Source: an uncultured Bacteroidales bacterium (lineage in GTDB: Bacteria; Bacteroidota; Bacteroidia; Bacteroidales; UBA3824). Taken from it: a stretch of 64,000 bases of DNA. Below are positions 28,617 through 36,590 of this stretch, in pieces (the stretch's first letter is position 1; every line of letters starts with the position of its first letter). Both the position numbers and the translations under genes were made by a program. The notes under the pieces were generated by a model. It was not told the DNA's origin. It saw only the letters and a program-made list of their open reading frames with translations, and made no database searches. The DNA lies in NCBI GenBank assembly GCA_946624925.1, contig CAMOSO010000040.1, forward strand, positions 1,404 through 65,403. The letters are read 5' to 3'.

Positions 28617-30110
28617 ATGAAAAAGTTTATAATTGCCGTTGGCTTTATGATGTTGGCGATGGTGGTACAAGCGCAGAATGAATACGATGCTGTACGTTTT
28701 TCGCAGACATTTCAGCAAGGCACAGCGCGGTCGGCGGCGATGGGTGGTGCGTTTGGCGCACTTGGCGGCGACATTTCAGTTACTGCCATCAACCCAGCCG
28801 GCATGAGCATTTATCGTGGTGCGGATATTTGCCTTACCCCGATGGTTTACAACAACACTGTAAAGTCCACCCTCAACGGACGTGATGACGAGGACAGCAA
28901 GTTTGGAATGAAATTCGCGAGCATTGGCATTGTGATGGGCAACGACCGTGTCAAGACCACTGGCTTTACCAATTTTGCTTGGGGCATCACTTATAATATG
29001 CTCAATGATTTCAGTGCAAACGAAAAGCTTGGAGCATTCAACTATTCAAGTTCAATGCTTGATGCTTGGCAAAGGCGGTCTAATGACAGGGATTTTAGTT
29101 ATTTTACTAATGAACTTGCTTTGAGTTGCGATACTAACGATAATAGGTATAATGCTCAATTGTTGAGGTGGGATGATTTTGGTGATAGGTGTTACTCTCC
29201 TCATGATGTGGAGTGGGATGATGGTGCGACAGGTGAATATGGAGAATATCAGAGTCGTTCTGTTACACAAAAAGGTGGCATTGGTACATGGGACTTTGCA
29301 TTTTCGGGTGCTTACAATGACATTTTTTTCTTCGGTGCGTCTCTTGGTGTGCAACACGTTAGATATAAATACACATCGCATTATCATGAGGATGATAAGA
29401 ATAATATTGCGCCATACCAATATTGGGATTTTATTGAAAAACGTAAAGTGAACGGGAATGGTATCAATTTGAAAGTTGGATTAGTTGTGAAGCCAATTAA
29501 TTTCTTGCGTTTTGGTGCAGCGTTCCATACTCCGACTGTATATACCCTTTCTGAAAAGTATGGTACTACGATTAAAGATCAATTTGATAACGGATTCTAT
29601 GGGGAGGCAGAAAAAAAAGACAATGAGCCATACGAGTATACCCTTGCAACACCTATGAAGGGGATTTTGTCTGCCGCGTTCATCGTTCCTGGATATGGTC
29701 TTGTAAGTTTCGATTATGAGTCTGTTAATTACACCAAAGCAAAGTTTCAAATGGATGACTTTGACAATGACGATTTGTTGACTCAGAAGAATGATTACAT
29801 CAAAGCCAAATTCCAGAAGACCAATAATTTCCGTGTAGGGTTGGAAGGTTTGGCAGGTCCTGTGTCCATTCGCGCAGGATACGCAATGTATGGCAATCCC
29901 TACAAGTTTGTCTCCGGCAACAAGCAGCGTCAGATACTCTCGTTTGGTCTTGGATTGAAGGGTTCGGAAGATTTTTACATCGACCTCACCGCCACTTATC
30001 ACATCTATCAGACTGACGCGGTGCTTTACGAGTGGGCAGACCGGATGCAGATGTATAATTATGACAACCGCTATTTGAATGTCTTGCTTACGGTTGGTGT
30101 AAGGCTGTAA
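28617..30110 (+). CDS. Outer-membrane beta-barrel, FadL/PorV-like
   Basis: 497 aa with signal peptide ...MVVQAQ and an N-terminal GTARSAAMGGAFGALGGDISVTAINPAGMS motif typical of FadL/PorV-type barrels. It shows alternating beta-strand patterns and ends in an aromatic-rich strand. Confidence 0.65.
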   Translation: MKKFIIAVGFMMLAMVVQAQNEYDAVRFSQTFQQGTARSAAMGGAFGALGGDISVTAINPAGMSIYRGADICLTPMVYNNTVKSTLNGRDDEDSKFGMKFASIGIVMGNDRVKTTGFTNFAWGITYNMLNDFSANEKLGAFNYSSSMLDAWQRRSNDRDFSYFTNELALSCDTNDNRYNAQLLRWDDFGDRCYSPHDVEWDDGATGEYGEYQSRSVTQKGGIGTWDFAFSGAYNDIFFFGASLGVQHVRYKYTSHYHEDDKNNIAPYQYWDFIEKRKVNGNGINLKVGLVVKPINFLRFGAAFHTPTVYTLSEKYGTTIKDQFDNGFYGEAEKKDNEPYEYTLATPMKGILSAAFIVPGYGLVSFDYESVNYTKAKFQMDDFDNDDLLTQKNDYIKAKFQKTNNFRVGLEGLAGPVSIRAGYAMYGNPYKFVSGNKQRQILSFGLGLKGSEDFYIDLTATYHIYQTDAVLYEWADRMQMYNYDNRYLNVLLTVGVRL

Positions 30111-30138
30111 AAAATTGGTTGAGTTTTTTTATAATATT

Positions 30139-30177
30139 CTACGTGGTTTTATGTTGCATAAAGCCACGTAGGTTTTT
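30139..30177 (+). terminator. Intrinsic terminator after the barrel gene
   Basis: CTACGTGG...CCACGTAG 8-bp stem followed by GTTTTT. Confidence 0.6.
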
Positions 30178-30195
30178 GAATATTAGGTGTTTGAT

Positions 30196-30510
30196 ATGAG
30201 AAGAACGGACATTGTAGAAAAGATTAGCAAGACCATCCATCGGGAGGAGCCTGATTCTTTGGCGATTCTCTATGGGTCGGAGGCGCGTGGCGATGCCCGC
30301 AGTGACAGTGATATTGATGTGTTGATTTTGCTCGATGGCGACAGACGTGATTTGAAACGTGAGGACAGGCTTTCGGGTAAACTATACGAAATTGAACTTG
30401 AAAGCGGCGTTGTCATTAGTCCTCTGATTATGCTTCGCAAACAGTGGGAGAAACGACCGTTCAAGACGCCTTTTTATGTCAATGTTGTTAATGAGGGGGT
30501 AAGGATATGA
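30196..30510 (+). CDS. Nucleotidyltransferase (MNT) domain protein of an MNT/HEPN pair
   Basis: YGSEARGDARSDSDIDVLIL (GSxxRG...DxD). The track start at 30187 is a GTG, so I use the ATG at 30196. The stop overlaps the HEPN start. Confidence 0.85.
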   Translation: MRRTDIVEKISKTIHREEPDSLAILYGSEARGDARSDSDIDVLILLDGDRRDLKREDRLSGKLYEIELESGVVISPLIMLRKQWEKRPFKTPFYVNVVNEGVRI

Positions 30511-30911
30511 AAGAAACACTTGATGACCAGAGCCGCGCCGAACTTGTAAAATATCGGATAAGCCGTGCAGATGAAACTATAAAAGAAGCTATGCTCCTGA
30601 CAAATGAAGGTTATTATAATGCAGCAATCAACAGGTTGTATTATGCGTGTTTTTATGCAGTTCAGGCTTTGTTGGTTAAAAACGGAATTTCATCTGCCTC
30701 TCATGCCGGAGTTAAGACAATGTTAAGTCTGAATTTTGTGTCAAAAGGCTTGTTAGATGTGGAATATGGCAAAACTTTCAGTCGGTTGTTTGAAATAAGG
30801 CATAGTGGAGATTATGATGATTTTGCGTATTGTGACCAGTCGATGACCGACGAATATACTCCCAAAGCCGTTGATTTTATCAACCAAATAAAAGAATTGT
30901 TGTATAAATAA
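30507..30911 (+). CDS. HEPN domain protein of an MNT/HEPN pair
   Basis: 134 aa with AINRLYYACFYAVQALL and EIRHSGDYD motifs typical of HEPN. Confidence 0.85.
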   Translation: MKETLDDQSRAELVKYRISRADETIKEAMLLTNEGYYNAAINRLYYACFYAVQALLVKNGISSASHAGVKTMLSLNFVSKGLLDVEYGKTFSRLFEIRHSGDYDDFAYCDQSMTDEYTPKAVDFINQIKELLYK

Positions 30912-30939
30912 AACAAGAAATTGCGCAATTTAATACGTT

Positions 30940-30976
30940 GCCAAATCTTTTTTGAAAAAAAGGTTTGGCTTTTTTT
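30940..30976 (+). terminator. Intrinsic terminator after the HEPN gene
   Basis: GCCAAATCTTTT / AAAAGGTTTGGC stem (about 12 bp) followed by T7. Confidence 0.65.
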
Positions 30977-31061
30977 GTTTATTTACGCGAATTGATGTAA
31001 TTTTATAGCGTGGAAAATAGGCACAAAGATTGCATTAAAAGTAAGAAAAAATACTTGCGAA

Positions 31062-33416
31062 ATGAAACTAAAATTACAGTCAAAACTACTGATATACATA
31101 CTTTCGGTGGCATTTGTGGTATTCCTGTTGTCGATAGGATACATCAATTACAGGTCGAGCAGTGTTACCGAGATGTCGCTTACGCGTGCACTCCTCGAGA
31201 CGCAGAAAAGTTCTGCCATCAAGATAAAGACCGCCATCGACTGTGACGTAAGCGCGCTCAAATCGCTTGCCGCGTCTATCTCCGGCACCGACGAACTTAG
31301 CGACGAGCAGAAGCTCCGCGTGTACAAGACGGCTGTGGGCAAGTTTCTCGACGACAATTTAACTTTCTCGTCATTGAGCATTTCCTGGGAGTTGGGCGTC
31401 ATCAATCCTGCGTGGACCAAGGCGTATGGACGCCGAGTGTACAAATTTGAGAGGGGCGACGGCGGTCTCAGGGTCGTGGTGTCCAATGTCAATCTTGAAG
31501 GCGACGATTTTGCCAGCGATTATTACCGTGTGAAGGTAAACGGTCGCGATATGATAACGGGCATCGTGAGCAACGACACTGAAAATCCCAATGTGCGCCC
31601 GATTTACAAATCTTCGATATTGATACCTGTATTCGACGCCGAAAATACATTCTGCGCCCTTGTGAGTGCTGATTTGGAGTCTGACTTCTTTCATCAGGCA
31701 GTCAAAAATGCCGCAGGGTACAGGAGTTTTGCATCGTTTCTCATCACAGACGAAGGTAATTTTGCTGGCATGACCAATAGCGGCGATTTTGCGGATGGGA
31801 GCGATGTATTGCGTATAATATCGCGTTCATTTTACGATATTCGCACCAAGATAGATTCGTCAGGATTTGCCAACTATCCCGTCGTGGATTCCACTGGACG
31901 CGAGTTGAGGGTGTGCGGCGTCAATATAGAAGACAATATTTTCAATTCGAGTTGGATGCTCGTGTCTGCAATTGAGGAGGATCTCATCAGCCGTCAGCAC
32001 ACATCACAGACAATGGTTTCGATATTTGTGTTGATGTTGGGCATCATCATTATTGGGCTTGTGTTTTATCATCAGACATCCAATCTCTCGCGTTTCCTTG
32101 ACAAGTCGGGTAGCGTGCTTGAACTTTTGGCGCATGGCAATATCAAGGATGCCGACGATATGGAACATGAAAACATTGTGGAGCTCGATACGATATCATC
32201 TTCGCTCAACAATTTGAAAGCGGGTCTCGATCGCGCCGTGGATTTTGCCGAGGAAATCGGACGTGGCAACCTCACATCCACATTCTCCGCGCTAAGCAAC
32301 AAGGACGAACTTGGCATATCGCTCCTAAGTATGCGCGACAGCCTCGTAAAGGCCAACAAGGAGGCTACTGAGCGTCAAGAACTCGACCGCAAGCAAAACT
32401 GGATTACGGAAGGCGCGGCAAAGTTTGGCGACATTCTCCGCGAGTACAACAACGACATGTACGACTTCTCCTTCAATATTATCAGCAATCTTGTTAAGTA
32501 TGTGGGAGCCAATCAGGGTGGTCTTTTCGTTATCAACGACGACAATAAGGACGACATCTACTTTGAACTTGCCGCTGGATACGCCTACGACATCCGCAAG
32601 ATTTTGAAGAAGACCGTAAAACCAGGCGTCGGACTTGTGGGACGTTGCATCCTCGAATCGGAGAGCATCTACATCAGCAATCTTCCCGAAGACTACATCA
32701 ACATCACTTCTGGCCTCGGCGAAAAGAGTCCGCAGAGGTTGTTGATTGTACCTTTCAAATTCAACAATCAAATCTACGCCGTGGCGGAGATTGCGTCCTT
32801 CAATGAGATCGAACCTTACAAACAGCAGTTTGTGGAGGAGGTGGGCAATAGTATCGCGTCCACGATTGCAACAGTGAAAATCAACATCCGCACCAACAAA
32901 CTCCTCCAGGAACTCAAGGTGCAGTCGGAGGAGCTCTCGTCTCAGGAAGAGGAGATGCGCCAGAATATGGAAGTGATGAAATCTTCGCAGGAGGAGATGT
33001 CGCACAAGGTTGACGAATGGGGACAGACCGTAGAATCGCTCAATCAGTTGATAATGCTTGTGGAATTTGCATCCAATGGCAAGTACCTGAATATCAACTC
33101 CAAGGTGCTTGAGTTCTTTAAGAAGGAAAAACCGCTTGTAATCAACGGAGTAACACCGCTGTACGAGACCATCCATACGAGCGAAAGAACCGATACCGAC
33201 GAATTTTGGCTCCAGATTAGACTTGGCAGGCAGAAGGTGGTCTCCAAGACTGTGTCGGTGGATGGCATCCACTACAACATCATCGAGACATACAACCCCG
33301 TGCAAAATTATTACGGAAAGATATACAAGGCGATTTGCCTTATAGATGTTAAAGATGAAGGCGTGCTCAAGAAAGAAGACGCCTCGTCCAATAATTCCGA
33401 GGGCGAATGGTTTTAG
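31062..33416 (+). CDS. Membrane sensor with no recognisable output domain: TM, Cache-like extracytoplasmic domain, TM, HAMP, GAF, coiled coil, PAS-like
   Basis: 784 aa with TM helices near residues 10-30 and 325-345. It has a HAMP-like LNNLKAGLDRAVDFAEEIGRGNLT, GAF strings (GANQGGLFVINDD, LVGRCILESESIYISNLPEDY, LIVPFKFNNQIYAVAEIASF) and the coiled coil LQELKVQSEELSSQEEEMRQNMEVM. No HisKA/HATPase, GGDEF or PP2C domain follows. Confidence 0.7.
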   Translation: MKLKLQSKLLIYILSVAFVVFLLSIGYINYRSSSVTEMSLTRALLETQKSSAIKIKTAIDCDVSALKSLAASISGTDELSDEQKLRVYKTAVGKFLDDNLTFSSLSISWELGVINPAWTKAYGRRVYKFERGDGGLRVVVSNVNLEGDDFASDYYRVKVNGRDMITGIVSNDTENPNVRPIYKSSILIPVFDAENTFCALVSADLESDFFHQAVKNAAGYRSFASFLITDEGNFAGMTNSGDFADGSDVLRIISRSFYDIRTKIDSSGFANYPVVDSTGRELRVCGVNIEDNIFNSSWMLVSAIEEDLISRQHTSQTMVSIFVLMLGIIIIGLVFYHQTSNLSRFLDKSGSVLELLAHGNIKDADDMEHENIVELDTISSSLNNLKAGLDRAVDFAEEIGRGNLTSTFSALSNKDELGISLLSMRDSLVKANKEATERQELDRKQNWITEGAAKFGDILREYNNDMYDFSFNIISNLVKYVGANQGGLFVINDDNKDDIYFELAAGYAYDIRKILKKTVKPGVGLVGRCILESESIYISNLPEDYINITSGLGEKSPQRLLIVPFKFNNQIYAVAEIASFNEIEPYKQQFVEEVGNSIASTIATVKINIRTNKLLQELKVQSEELSSQEEEMRQNMEVMKSSQEEMSHKVDEWGQTVESLNQLIMLVEFASNGKYLNINSKVLEFFKKEKPLVINGVTPLYETIHTSERTDTDEFWLQIRLGRQKVVSKTVSVDGIHYNIIETYNPVQNYYGKIYKAICLIDVKDEGVLKKEDASSNNSEGEWF

Positions 33417-34582
33417 ATAAATCGCAGGATAATAATGGCCAGTCATATCGCAACCGCCTTGTAATTAGCGAGGAGCAAATTGAAAACAATCGCGAGGAAT
33501 ACAAGCGTCATTTTTCGTTGCCGTATATGGAGGCTTTTTGCCGGCATGTGCTAAATCATATTAGCGATGTTTGGTACAGACCGAGGTTTGTGGGTTTTGA
33601 CAATCTGCCGCCGCGCAACAATCCTGCCGCCCCGCTCATCTTTGCCACCAACCATTCTGGCATGGCTTTCCCGTGGGATGCTATTATTTTCATCTCGCAG
33701 ATTGCGGCGCGTGAGATGCCGATGCACGACGGCATCAGGGCTTTGATTTCTCCGATGCTCACCAAATATCCCTACATGTGTCCCTTCCTGATTGACGACC
33801 TTTGGTTTAAGGCGGGGTGCATCAATGCCACTTTGCTCAATTTTGAGACCGCAATGAGCCTCAATGAGAGCAATGTTTTGATATTTCCAGAGGGCATCGA
33901 CGGCATTGGCAAGGGCTTCGACAAGAGGTATCAGTTGCAGCCGTTCAAGACCTCGTTTCTCAGGATGAGCATCCGCTATAAGACAGACATTATACCTTTT
34001 ATGACTGTCAACGGCGAATACAACAATCCAATTGCGTACAATTGGAAACCGCTCACAAAACTTGTGAGAAAATTTGGAATGCCGTTTTTTCCGTTGGGAG
34101 TGCTGGCGTGTCTTGCGGCGTTTCAGCCGTGGATTTTCTACATATCGTTGCCGTCGCGCCTTACCTTTGTCATCGGTGAACCAATTCACGTATATGAAAT
34201 GGTTGACAAGCCATACGAGCAACTCACGCAGCAGGAATTGAAGGTGTTAGGCGAAAAAATCCGTCAGCAGTGGCAGCAGCAACTTCTCGACGCCCGTAAG
34301 ACCTACGGCAAAAAATATTATGACATTCGCTCGCTTTTGAAGGCTATGTGGCGGCACAAGAGATATTTCCTAAGGTATTTTCCGCCGTTTTGGCCATTTG
34401 TGATGACGTATTTTGATGTTAATTATGATGCTAATATTGGCGACGAAAGTCTCCGCATTACTTTGCGCAAATGCCTGAAAACCATCATAAAACGTCCGTG
34501 GGTATTGGCGATGTATATGCCTATATTGGGCTGGGTGATTATCGCGCTGAGAAGTTGGTGGAAGATGAGGCACCGTTCTTAA
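33407..34582 (+). CDS. Membrane-associated PlsC/LPLAT-family acyltransferase
   Basis: 391 aa with ATNHSGMAFPWD (HX4D-type) and FPEGIDGIGK motifs plus a C-terminal hydrophobic helix. The start overlaps the sensor gene by 10 nt. Confidence 0.7.
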   Translation: MVLDKSQDNNGQSYRNRLVISEEQIENNREEYKRHFSLPYMEAFCRHVLNHISDVWYRPRFVGFDNLPPRNNPAAPLIFATNHSGMAFPWDAIIFISQIAAREMPMHDGIRALISPMLTKYPYMCPFLIDDLWFKAGCINATLLNFETAMSLNESNVLIFPEGIDGIGKGFDKRYQLQPFKTSFLRMSIRYKTDIIPFMTVNGEYNNPIAYNWKPLTKLVRKFGMPFFPLGVLACLAAFQPWIFYISLPSRLTFVIGEPIHVYEMVDKPYEQLTQQELKVLGEKIRQQWQQQLLDARKTYGKKYYDIRSLLKAMWRHKRYFLRYFPPFWPFVMTYFDVNYDANIGDESLRITLRKCLKTIIKRPWVLAMYMPILGWVIIALRSWWKMRHRS

Positions 34583-34607
34583 TATTTCCTCTTTCCTCTC
34601 TCCTCAA

Positions 34608-36566
34608 TCAAATCCTAACGCCCACCATTGTCATATCGTCCAATTGCAGCGAGCCGGCGCGCCACGATTCCATTTTTTCGGCGAGGCGTGTGCCCAATTC
34701 CGACATGGGAAGGTTGATGTTTTGTAGCAGGAAGTCGTCGAGGCGCGGGCCTTTGAGTTTTTCCATTTGAGGGTTGGTCTGATCCTTGATGCCGTCGCTC
34801 ATAAAAAATAGCACGTCGCCTTTTTGGAGTTGGATTTCCTGACTTGTAAACGCTTTTTCGCGGATGTAATTGCCGATGGGTTGTCGGTCGCCTTTTAGCT
34901 TGATGCTCTCGCCGTTGCGGATTAGGATAGCCATTTGATATGCCGAGCCAAAGCGCATAATATTGGTTTTTGGATCGATGATGGCTATTGTCATATCCAT
35001 GCCGTCGTTGATTGAAAGTCCATCGTCGGAATGTTGCAGGAGCATTGTCTTTACCATCACGCGCATACGTTCGAGTATGACAGCGGGATCAAAATCCGCG
35101 CCGGTATTTTCCATGTCGTTGAGAATATCCTTCAATGCGCTTATGCCCATCATCGACAGCAACGAACCTGGCACGCCGTGTCCTGTGCAGTCGGCTTCCA
35201 CAACAATATTGAGTCCTCGGCGGCTCTCCACCCTGTACCAGTCGCCCGAAACTATTTCCCTCGGCTGATAAAACACCATGCTGTCGGGGAAAATTTCTGC
35301 CACTTTTTCTGGCTCGCTTACAGCCGATTGCTGGATGTACTGGGCGTAATTCAATGATGCAGTAATCTTGCTATTGGATTCGTCGAGGCTGCGCTTCTGA
35401 ATATCGAGTTTTTGATTGAGTTTGCGGGTCTTGCGGTTGTAAACTATAAAGACGATAAGCATCGCTATAATCATCGATAGCATTATCCCAAACACGATGT
35501 TGAGGCGTTGCTGCACACGTTTTTCCTCGTTGAGTCGTGCAATTTCCGCATCTTTCAGTGTCTTTTCGGCTGTGGATTTGGCAGATACGAGGTTGTGGTT
35601 GAGTTCGGCGTCATAGACGTTGTTGCTAAGATCTATTTTGAGCCCAAACCATTCTGCGGCTTCTTTGTATTTTTTCTGATGGTAAAGCACCATGCCCACT
35701 GTGCCGGCTACTCGCTCCATTTTCTGTTTGGCAGCGATGTTTTGCGCGATTGCATACGCACCGCGAGCATAATATTCTGCGCTGTCGTATTGTGCGCGGT
35801 TGAGGTAGATGTTTGCCATCGAATTATAAACGTCGGTAAACATCGGCCTGTCTATCTGCGCCGAATCTCTGATGATAGTCTGGTAGTTGGCAACAGCAGA
35901 TGCTGTGTCGCCGCTAAGTACCTGCAATTCAGCAATTAACCTCAATGTGGAGAGTATTGAACTCCTTGCTACTTTGAGTTCCTGACGCAGGCGCAGGGCT
36001 TCGTTGAGTTCCACGTAGGCAGTGTCGTAAATGCCTTTCATCGTGCAGATGCGTCCGTAGTTGAGGTGGTAATATGCGAGTAGGTCTTTTTTGTTGATTG
36101 TTGGGAGATCCTTGCGGATATTCTCCACGTATTCCATAGCCTTGTCGGGGTCGTTGATGTTGATGTAGATGTTGGCAAGGTTGATGTTGGAGTACGCGAG
36201 TTCCTCCTTGTTGCCGAGCATTACCCTCACATGGTGCGCCTCTTCATAACATTTGACAGCCTCGCCGTATTCGCCAAGATTTTTGTAGCAGATGCCGATA
36301 ATGGTGTTGGCACGTGCCTCCTCCGATAGGTTATGTATCGTAGGCTCTTTGGTTGTTTCCAAAGCAGTTTTGGCATATTTGATAGCCAATTTCGGGTCTG
36401 CATAACGGAGTTTCCACGCGATGTCGTTGTATAGCCGTGGGCGTATGGAGTCGTGGGCGAGCCGCGCCACTTTCACAAGGCTGTCGATTTCGGGTGGCAC
36501 AGCCTTGGCCGTCAGCGTCATTGCTGCGGCTACCATAATTGCCAATAATGTCAACAATCGTTTCAT
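34608..36566 (-). CDS. TPR-repeat, TM, PP2C/SpoIIE sensor phosphatase
   Basis: Signal/anchor, TPR-like repeats, one TM (IVFGIMLSMIIAMLIVFIVY), YAQYIQQS, then SGDWYRVE...EADCTGHGVPGSLLSMMG, FFMSDG and DDMTMVGVRI. The ATG at 36566 is preferred over the TTG at 36581. Confidence 0.85.
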   Translation of the reverse strand: MKRLLTLLAIMVAAAMTLTAKAVPPEIDSLVKVARLAHDSIRPRLYNDIAWKLRYADPKLAIKYAKTALETTKEPTIHNLSEEARANTIIGICYKNLGEYGEAVKCYEEAHHVRVMLGNKEELAYSNINLANIYININDPDKAMEYVENIRKDLPTINKKDLLAYYHLNYGRICTMKGIYDTAYVELNEALRLRQELKVARSSILSTLRLIAELQVLSGDTASAVANYQTIIRDSAQIDRPMFTDVYNSMANIYLNRAQYDSAEYYARGAYAIAQNIAAKQKMERVAGTVGMVLYHQKKYKEAAEWFGLKIDLSNNVYDAELNHNLVSAKSTAEKTLKDAEIARLNEEKRVQQRLNIVFGIMLSMIIAMLIVFIVYNRKTRKLNQKLDIQKRSLDESNSKITASLNYAQYIQQSAVSEPEKVAEIFPDSMVFYQPREIVSGDWYRVESRRGLNIVVEADCTGHGVPGSLLSMMGISALKDILNDMENTGADFDPAVILERMRVMVKTMLLQHSDDGLSINDGMDMTIAIIDPKTNIMRFGSAYQMAILIRNGESIKLKGDRQPIGNYIREKAFTSQEIQLQKGDVLFFMSDGIKDQTNPQMEKLKGPRLDDFLLQNINLPMSELGTRLAEKMESWRAGSLQLDDMTMVGVRI

Positions 36567-36590
36567 TGCGTTGAATATCAATTATTTACA

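Noticed and set aside
30918-30931. The perfect palindrome AAATTGCGCAATTT after the HEPN gene shares half-sites (AAATTGC/GCAATTT) with the 33-bp array units
   Set aside because: This is a single 14-bp AT-rich palindrome, so the resemblance may be chance. I cannot assess significance without genome-wide motif counts, so I have noted it only.
32325-33446. A 373-aa minus-strand ORF opposite the GAF sensor gene
   Set aside because: It has no recognisable motifs and a shadow-like L/V/H/R/F-rich composition, while the plus-strand frame carries clear HAMP/GAF strings.
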